Source: Eledone cirrhosa (lineage: Eukaryota). From it: a stretch of DNA of 64,000 nt. A program made the translations under genes and the position numbers. Shown one piece after another: positions 55,490 through 64,000 of this stretch. The notes below the pieces were generated by a model, which ran no database searches, was not told where the DNA came from, and saw nothing but the letters and a program-made list of their open reading frames with translations. The stretch spans positions 279,744,001 to 279,808,000 of the forward strand of contig OZ024742.1 in assembly GCA_964016885.1 (NCBI GenBank), in the 5' to 3' direction. Position 1 is the first letter of the stretch, and every line of letters starts with the position of its first letter.

Positions 55490-55878
55490 GTAATGAATGC
55501 ATGACGAAAAACGTGGTATACAGGTGCAACGTCACAACCCTTACCTCGGAGCACCACTACGTAGGATCCACAGCGACGAGCTTCAAAGCTCGGTGGTATA
55601 ACCATCGCCATTCCTTTAACAGAATAGATAAGAGGAAATGTACGGCCCTTTCTGAACTGATCTGGAAGCTCAAACTTGAAAGGACCCCGCATTCACGGGT
55701 CTGGTCCGTGGTTAGAAAGGTTCCCCCAGGCAGAGGCGGGTCTGGTATTTGCAACCTCTGTCTTATTGAGACACTCGAGATTCTTCATGGCGGAACCAAG
55801 CTATTAAACAGAAGGGCCGACTTATTTGGTGCCTGCAGACACCTAAGGACGGGAACTTTCCTCAAGCTATATGGATAA
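55490..55878 (+). pseudogene. 5'-truncated PLE: GIY-YIG endonuclease domain, with 3'UTR to about 56052 ending in (TA)n
   Basis: CMTKNVVYRCNV..HHYVGST..FKARWYNHRHSF..TALSELIW..CNLCLIE..LLNRR; homologous to the 30.2-30.6 kb domain but a different family. Confidence 0.88.
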
Positions 55879-56198
55879 ACCCCGGTTACGGCCTCCCACA
55901 AGCTCCCCCCCTCCCCGGTAGCTCCCCTACACTCCGTACCAATGACCATTGGACAACAACAACCACCTATGGTTTGCAGTCCTTATGGTGGATGGTCCAC
56001 CGGATGCTCTACTGGTTGGGAGTCATCTAAACAATGTTTTATTGAACCTGATTATATATATATATATATATATATAGAAAGATTTGAATGGATACAGTTT
56101 AGTTGAAAGGAATTTATTGACACGTGTTTCTATAACAGTTACATAACCTAAAACAGCTGCTATCTACAAACTTTTATATTACAACACAACGGAAAATA

Positions 56199-56246
<48 letters not shown>

Positions 56247-57158
56247 CGTGTATATATATATATTTTATGTGTGTATGTATGCGTATATTTTATATATGTG
56301 TGCGTATCTGTATGTATACATTTTATATAAATATGTGTGTATGTGTGTGTGTATTTTATATATATATATGTATGTCTTACGTGTGTATATATTTTCTGTG
56401 TGTGTGTGTACCTATGTATATATATATTTTTTTATCTTTTTGTATGTATATATTTCATATATATGCATGTTCTGTGTATATATATATAATATATATATGT
56501 ATATATATATGTGTGTATACTTGTACGTACATGCATGCATATGTATATATGCACACCTGTATGGATTTGTGTGTGTAGAAGTGTGAGTGTTTGAGGGGGT
56601 AGGTGTGAGTGTATGTATAAGTGAACCAGCATAAACCCTTTATTTCTAAATTTTCTAAACTATCTAAGTATTGGACTCTAACCATTATATTAATTATTAC
56701 TACTCCACTTTTTGAATGAGTAGAAGTGTGTGTGTGTCTGTGGAGGTGTATGTGAGTGTAGTGCAATCCAGCCTACATAAGCCTTTTTATTTGTAAACTT
56801 TCTAATCCAACCATAATTTTAAGTAGCACCACTCCACATAAATTTCTCAATTTAAGAATGACCTGTTGTATATATTTCATACTATTATCCTTATTTAAAA
56901 ATATATCTGACCAAGAATGCCTTTTGTGAAAATCAGTTATGTGGAACTATTGTCATCTTGCCTGATGGTTTGAACCCTACAGATCCACCTGCCTCTTTGA
57001 GGTCAAATACCAGCCTACTACCATCTACAAACTGATCAATGAGAATGAAGACTATTCCTGCTGACAACATCAAAATATTCCTAACAAGCTCATATGTCCC
57101 AAGGCTCTGATACCATCAACAATATACACACAGAGCTGACATATCTAAGAACTGACTA

Positions 57159-57214
57159 ACTGCCTGATGAGGTCATAGCCATTCAATGGTTATCATCGAA
57201 ATATATATAGCAGT
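57159..57214 (+). ncRNA. Type I hammerhead ribozyme
   Basis: actgc CTGATGA ggtcatagccatt c aatggttatcatc GAAA tatata TA gcagt, followed by aaataaa. Confidence 0.82.
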
Positions 57215-57270
57215 AAATAAAGGATTATGAGTTCATGCAATTGACTTATGTTTCGTCACTATATATATAT

Positions 57271-57862
57271 CACTGACGAAGGACTTTTTTATCATATGTA
57301 ACCCATGTGCAACCACGCAGTATTCTTTTCTTCTCATGTTTTTTATATATATTTACCTCGACTGCGTTTGTCTGTTTCTCTCTTACTGCTTCCCCGCTCT
57401 CTCTGTTTCTCTCACCTTCTTTCGCCCCCTCTGTCAGTTACACTTTCTCTCGACTGACCTCTTCCTCACACTTCAACTCACTCACTCTCTGTTTCTCCCC
57501 TTCTCACTTCCTCCCATTTGGCTTATAGTGGGTCTCTTCTTGCTTACATCTCACACACATGGACGGTCTGTAACTCTCTCGCTCATGAAATCCACCCAGC
57601 TTATGCTGACCGGACAACCATGTTGCTTGTTTATTTTCCTATCTTCGGTTTGCTTTTATCCTTCTATGTTGTTTACTTGTCCCCCTCGCTTTACGCGAAT
57701 TACTTGTCCCAATACCTTTTTTTAGTTATTGCTCGCACCAACCTGAGGTATCTGATTTTTAATGCGATGAAATACCAATGATGGTTGGAAAATCACTGAC
57801 GAAGTACTTTTTTATCATATGTAACCCATGTGCAACCACGCAGTATTCTTCTTTCTTCTCAT

Positions 57863-57866
<4 letters not shown>
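57271..57866 (+). mobile_element. Partial tandem (period 523 bp) pLTR-like element between (TA)n tracts
   Basis: Approximately 70-bp direct repeat cactgacgaag.actttttt...cttctcatgttt at 57271 and 57794; degenerate HHR-like motif at about 57738-57788. Confidence 0.55.
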
Positions 57867-57930
<64 letters not shown>

Positions 57931-58059
57931 ATAGATTAACGGAGCCATAGACTCTCGCTATTCCCTGTCAATAATGTGCTCAAAGGAGAAGGAATCCTGA
58001 GCTCTTTAAAATACAATATGTTGAAAAGATAACACACTATATATATATCTATATATATA

Positions 58060-58498
58060 TAATAAGGGTTGACGGACCCAGCATATGTATCAATGCCAGC
58101 ACCGGTTGTATCTCAGCGCACTCAATGGGCAATGTAAGATACATTACCAGAGTATACACATAGTTATTTGCCTCAACACAACACACGTAAAACGGGTGCC
58201 TATAAGGTTCCCGGACTCGATTTTCTGCAGCACTAATGCAGCAGTAAGGTGCACTGCACCATCTGTATGCATATAGTATGCAACAATGCACAATCGGCTT
58301 ATGCAGCTTCATCAGCGTGTACCGCCTAATCAATAACCAATCGATCGACATAATCCAAACACCGGCCCGTGCCGCTCATGACTGTTTCTGACAACCGACA
58401 GGGTAAAACGATTAACTGGCAACCGATAGGACTCTATCTCTCAACTAGACCTCATTTACAAATTTAACGTGGGGACGTAAGCTAAAAAGAATCAATCT
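58060..58498 (-). mobile_element. About 440-bp HHR-bearing element, copy 2 (HHR at 58210-58319)
   Basis: Colinear with 4622-5069; (TA)n on both sides. Confidence 0.75.
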
Positions 58499-58500
58499 AT

Positions 58501-58542
<42 letters not shown>

Positions 58543-58629
58543 GAAAAATTGAACAGGGACAGAACAGAGAGGCAGTACGATAAATGTTTATTAAATTCAC
58601 GCTCAGGAGAGTGGGGGGTAGGTGGAGGA

Positions 58630-58660
58630 CGACGTTTCGGGCATAAGCCCTTCTTCAGGT
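58630..58660 (-). ncRNA. Minimal hammerhead ribozyme in pLTR
   Basis: Minus strand: ac CTGAAGA a gggc ttat gccc GAAA cg TC gt. Confidence 0.7.
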
Positions 58661-59995
58661 GAGAGTTAAAAAGGTGTGTAGGGGAGTGGTGGAGAGACAT
58701 ATAGCGAAAGGAAACGGTGCGAATGAAAAATTAACAAATAAAGACAAAAATATAATAAATAATAAATAAAAATAAAGCATGATCAAAATACAAGGAATGA
58801 GAACATTAAAAAATAAAGGCATGATCAAAATAAACTGAAATTAAAAGGGGGGTAAACAGGTGGTGGAAGGGTGTGGGGTGAGTAGAGGTGGTGGAGGGTG
58901 GAGTGGGGAGAGGGAGACGGGGTGTCCGAGCGGGGAGGGCTGAAGGTGGTGTGTGTGGTTAGGTGTGCGTGTGTGTGTGTGTGTATGTGAAAGTGAGGGT
59001 TGGAGGAAGAACGGGGTTGCATGTTCAGGAAGGTGTGTGTGGGGGGTGTTTTTGTGTGTCGGAGGGTCTGTGCGTGTGTGGATAGGGGGGTTGGGGGAGA
59101 GGAATCAGGGGGCTGAGGGTGTAAATATGTGGTGGGAAGCACGTGTGTGTGGTTTAAGCGTGTTGTGGGTGTGGGTGGCGTGTGGATAAAAAAAAAATTG
59201 TTTTGGGATGTGTGTGTGGGTGAGTTATATAGGTGATGGTGTAAGAGGATGGTTGAAAGTGGTAAGTTACACGGATGTATGGAGATTTTGGTTGGAAGTC
59301 AAAACGCGTGTGGGTAATCCAAGAAGCGGTGGTCGGAAGAGGAGAGATGTGGGGTGCGCGCGCAACAGGAAGTGGTCAGCAGTGGAAGTGCTGTGGTCAG
59401 TTGGTGCTGAGACAGTGGTCGGAAGGGCATAGCAGCAGTCAGCGGAATGGTAGGGAGGCGAGGATGGGTAGGTGTGAGAGTTGGAGTGAGGAGGGTGTGT
59501 GTGTGTGTGTGTATTAGTAGGGGTGTTAGTGGGATGAGTGAGTGTGGAGTGGGGAGAGAAGGGGGTGTGTGGTTCTATGGAGGGAGTGTGGTGTACTGGT
59601 GTGTGTGTAGTTTGGTGAGGAGGTGTTAGTGGGTGTTAGTAGACGGGAGGTGGGGAGGGGTGGAATGCAGGTGTGAGTGGGGTTGGTGGGGGTAGGGTGT
59701 GTAGAGTTGGTGGTGTACGAGGGTGTGTGGGTACGTGTGCGTGGGGGTGGAGGGTGTTAGTGATGTTAGTTGCGTGTGGGGTGGGTGGTGTAAGTGTGTG
59801 CGTGTGGTAAGGAGGGGGGAGGAGGAGAAGAGGGGAGGGAAGGGATGTTAGTATGTTAGTTGGGGAAGGGTGGTCAGATGAGGGGTGGAGTGGAGTGGAG
59901 GTGTTAGTATTGTTAGTGTGGGGTGGGCGGTGAAAAGCAGGGGTGTGTTAGTGGTGTTAGTGGGGGATAAAAGGGGGAGGGGGGCGATTCGAACG

Positions 59996-61195
59996 CTAAA
60001 GGAATAAGGGTGGGGAGTTCAGGCCGGGGGGAGTGTGGGTCTGTAAGATGAAGATAGTACGTTGTTCGACCGTGAGGCGATGGGCGGGTGTTCCGTGGCA
60101 CTGGAGTAGGCCACAGACTGTGAGATGGCGTGCGGAGTGTCCAGGGCCACCAAAGTGGCGGGCGATGGGGGAACTGCCCCCGAGACGAATATCCCGGAGG
60201 TGCTCCGTGACTCGGTCCGCCAGGCGGCGTCTCGTCTGTCCGACATAAGTCGCGCTGCACCTCGTGCAACGAAGTCCGTAGACTAGGTTGGAGGAGGTGC
60301 AGCGGAAGGCATGCCGGACCGAGAGAGGGTGGCCGTTGGGACCCTGGAAGGTGGTAGTGTTGGTGATGTGGGGACAGGTGTTGCAGCGGGGCCTAGAACA
60401 GGGGAAGGAACCGGGGGGGGGGGGAAACGGACCGTGGGTTGGGGGGTAGGGAGCTGTGGACGAGGAGGGTGCGGAGATTGCGTGCGCGTTTGAAGGAGGG
60501 GAGTGGTGGGGTTGGGAAGATGTGGGAGGTGGAGGGGTCGGACTGGAGGTGTCGGAAGAGGCGGCGGATGGTGCGGTGGAGGGGTAAGGTGGAGGGGTGG
60601 TAGGTGATGGGGAAGGGGAGACGGTGGGTGGGTGTGCGGTGGCGTGGGGTGAGGGTGGTGGAGCGGGGGATAGCACGGGCGCGGGTGAGAGCGGTGTGGA
60701 CGAGAGAGGGGGGGTAACCTCTCCGGATGAAATGGCTGACTAGGGAAAGGGCCTGGGACTCGAAGTCAGCATCTCGGCTACAGAGGCGGCGGATCCTGAG
60801 AAGTTGGGAGTAGGGAATGGAGAGTTTAGTGTGGGTGGGGTGGGAAGAGGTGAAGTCGAGGTAAGAGTGGGAGTCGGTGGGTTTGAAGAAGGCGGAGGTG
60901 ACGAGGGAGTGGTGGGAGGGGTCGAAGGCGACGGAGATGTCCAAGAAGTGGACGTGGGTGGTGGAGATAGAGGTGGTGAAGTGGAGGGAGGGGTGGAAGG
61001 AGCAGAAGAAGGAGAGAAAGGAGTCGAGCTGTACTCGGGTGAGGGTCGTGGCTCCGATACAGTCGTCAATGTAACGACCGTACAGTTCGGGCGTGGGGCC
61101 GGTGTACTGGGCAAAGATTTGGGCTCAACATGGCCAACAAAAAGGTTGGCATAGTTCGGGCCCATTCTTGTGCCCATGGCTACCCCCGTGACCTG
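59996..61195 (-). pseudogene. PLE RT (C-terminal half) + GIY-YIG with two frameshifts (about 61125 and about 60420)
   Basis: GVAMGTRMGPNYANLF, RYIDD, FLDI, KPTDSHSYLDFTSSHP..SIPYSQLLRIRRLCS, CSRPRCNTC and NLVYGLRCTRCSATYVGQTRRRLADRVTEH. Confidence 0.92.
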
Positions 61196-62002
61196 TATAT
61201 ATATATATATATATACCTTTATATATTAACATACTTTTTCTCATAGCTTCGTACTTACAAACACACACACTCTTTTACTTACATATACACACACATATCC
61301 TCTTAGCTTCGTACAGACGTATAACAACACACACACGCGCGCGTGTTTATCACGCGCACAAGAATACCTCTTTACAGAAAAACGTTTTTGTTTTTACATT
61401 TCAGGTAGACGCACTCCATCACCCACTTTTCTAAAAAAAATATATCATACACAAATGGCCATCATCAACAGGTCTCCAAGAGATGGCAACATAAAATAAC
61501 CTATATATATTTCCAGGGCTGTATCACTTTGACGTTTTTCTGAAAAAGGGGAGGCAACACTAGAGAGGAAATATATTTTTCAAGTCAAATGCATTTCATT
61601 TTTTCCTCGATAAGCAATTGGGTACGAAGTAGAGTTTTCACTCGATATGCAGTCGATCTTTCTGGCTGACTGGCGGGTGTTGATGTTACAGCAGCTAGCC
61701 AATGTATTGTAAGCTCCTGGGTACGTGCAGGCAAATTCTGTGCAATGCAGGAAAGGATTCCATATTTCACATCTGGTCAACAACTACTTAGTGACGAACG
61801 AGAGAAACAAAGTAAAAAAGACACTCATGCACACACAAGTAGGGTGGGGAAATATGTGGTTAAAACACGCATACATGGGCACATGCATACACATCCCGAG
61901 CACTGAAGCTCGAGGAAGTAACAGAAAACAAAAATACATACACATACAAAAACAAACACAGGCACAGGTACATAACCCATGCACCTGTCAGAACAAGAGA
62001 AG

Positions 62003-62063
<61 letters not shown>

Positions 62064-62125
62064 TATATATAAACAAAATAAAATAACAGGAGGCTGGACT
62101 GGTGTAAATCCTTGAAAGGTTTATT

Positions 62126-62183
62126 ATACTATGATCATTTCAATGACCGGGTTCCATATGAATCCGGCGATATCATCAGGTAT
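62126..62183 (-). ncRNA. Type I hammerhead ribozyme
   Basis: Minus strand: atac CTGATGA tatc-gccgg..ccggt-catt GAAA tgatca TA gtat, then aataaa; palindromic TGATCA stem III. Confidence 0.75.
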
Positions 62184-64000
62184 TGGAATATAACAAAGGA
62201 ATGTGTAAATAAAAATGGGGCCGAAAAATAAGAGACAGAGACAAGGAGGACGATTGACCAACTAGCTGCCTTTACCTCGGCCAGTCGCCCTCAAAGTGGT
62301 GGCAACTGAATCTACTAATGAACATCTAGTGAGGGGGCGAAGGCTTATAATGCACTACCACCTCTCCGTCAAAGAAAAAGGGGAAGACAGAAAGGAAGAA
62401 AGAAGTCAGCGTAAGGGTCACACTACATTCATGCTAGAAAATGCCGCGAAAAAATGCTATTCCAAAGGATCTATAATGGGTGTCTGTATAGTCTAACGTG
62501 TGAACCGAAGATTGGAACGTTAAACTTATGTTGCGAGTTATAGGATGAAATTAAATTAAATTAAAAATATTAAATTGCAAAATGATAAATTGAAAAATAA
62601 ATTATTAGAAAATTAAAGGTTAAGGTAGCGAAATTTATTTAATGAATTTACGGAGAGAGTCTTATATGAACAAATTTATCTCGATAAGATATTAGGATGG
62701 AATATAGGGTAAAGATTTCGATTGCGAGTCCCAGCCCCCCCCCCCCTACAATGAGTCAGCCAGTTTCGAGTGGTATCGTCCAGCGAAAGAAATGGAAATT
62801 AATTTTTCCGAGAACTCTAGGAACGTAGCTACCTTAGGCCCCGGTATCGCTAGCGGGAACTCCACAATTTCGACAGGCCATCGTCTATACCAAATAATAT
62901 TATTAAATCACACATGAGGGGTTTATTTACGTGCCAGTAGAGGCATGATACAGCTAATAGTTATGCATAAACCTGGAGTCTATAGATATAAGTGGTGGCG
63001 TTCCCGACTGCGCGCTGGGCACTCGGAAAGTTCAGCCTTCCTTGAGTGTTCGGAAAAATAAATTTCTCCTCTTTCGGTAAACGAAATTACTCGGAGCGGG
63101 TTGCTTTGGCCCGGTCCCACCGCGCCGCCTGTTTTGGCCGCCATATTATACTTATACCTATAAACGCCAGATTTAGGCATAACTATTAGCTGTATCATGC
63201 CTCTACTGGCACGTAAATAAACCCCTCATGTGTGATTTAATAATATTCTTTTGGTATAGACGATGGGCTGTCGAAATTGTGGAGTTCCCGCTAGCGATAC
63301 CGGGGCCTAAGGTAGCTACGTTCCTAGAGTTCTCGGAAAAATTAATTTCCATTTCTTTCGCTGGACGATACCACTCGAAACTGGCTGACTCATTGTAGGG
63401 GGGGGGGGGGGGGCTGGGACGCGCAATCGAAATCTTTACCCTATATTCCATCCTAATATCTTATCGAGATAAATTTGTTCATATAAGACTCTCTCCGTAA
63501 ATTCATTAAATAAATCTCGCTAGCTTAACCTTTAATTTTGTAATAATTTATTTTTCAATTTATCATTTTGCAATTTAATATTTTTTATTTAATTTAATTT
63601 CATCCTATAACTCGCAACATAAGTTTAACGTTCCAATCTTCGGTTCACACGTTAGACTATACAGACAGCCATTATAGATCCTTTGGAATAACATTTTTTT
63701 CGCGGCATTTTCTAGCATGAATGTAGTGTGACCCTTACGCTGACTTCTTTCTTCCTTTCTGTCTTCCCCTTTTTCTTTGACGGAGAGGTGGTAGTGCATT
63801 ATAAGCCTTCGCCCGCTCACTAGATGTTCATTAGTAGATTCAGTTGCCACCACTTTGAGGGCGACTGGCCGAGGTAAAGGCAGCTAGTTGGTCAATCGTC
63901 CTCTTTGTATCTGTCTCTGATTTTTCGGCCCCATGTTTTTTTACATACTCCTTTGTTATATTCCAATACCAGATGATATCGCCGGATTCATATGGAACCC
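62149..64000. repeat. Large foldback: arms 62149-62993 and 63150-64000 (probably continues beyond the window), spacer about 155 bp
   Basis: Arms are close reverse complements; the ORF track shows mirrored ORFs at 62296(+) and 63853(-). Confidence 0.95.

Larger units (their letters stand above)
58541..61195 (-). mobile_element. 5'-truncated Penelope-like element (Neptune-like) with a long C-rich 3'UTR and pLTR HHR
   Basis: RT and GIY-YIG coding remnant, HHR near the 3' end, aataaa, (TA)n at both ends. Confidence 0.9.

Noticed and set aside
61380-61790. Possible host exon after a polypyrimidine/ttcag acceptor-like site
   Set aside because: No convincing ORF, donor site or protein similarity
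62296-63853. Duplicated small genes (MVATESTNEH..., MEYRVKISI...)
   Set aside because: Mirror-image ORFs created by the inverted repeat; frames differ between arms and there are no recognisable motifs

Overview
Eukaryotic, AT-rich, microsatellite-dense DNA with no recognisable host exon. The (TA)n/(CA)n load and the SINE family suggest an octopus or other cephalopod, but that is inference. Nearly all ORFs in the track are simple-repeat artefacts. The window is a nest of transposons: four Penelope-like retroelement (PLE) insertions (one nearly intact RT + GIY-YIG element at 25815-30992), RTE, Ingi/Vingi-like and CR1-like LINE fragments, many tRNA-derived SINE copies, and several Helitron-type elements. 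The main signal is a PLE/hammerhead-ribozyme (HHR) system. (i) A 7.3-kb array at 38533-45803 consists of about 23 apparently identical 311-bp monomers, each carrying a minimal type I HHR, i.e. a non-LTR retrozyme predicted to make circular RNA; the array flips strand at 41531-41542. (ii) About ten further unrelated small HHR-bearing elements are present. (iii) Many of these insertions share a head-to-head foldback architecture whose outward-pointing 3' ends terminate in (TA)n, suggesting microsatellite-primed two-ended insertion by PLE reverse transcriptase. All structures were read by eye; none was computed.
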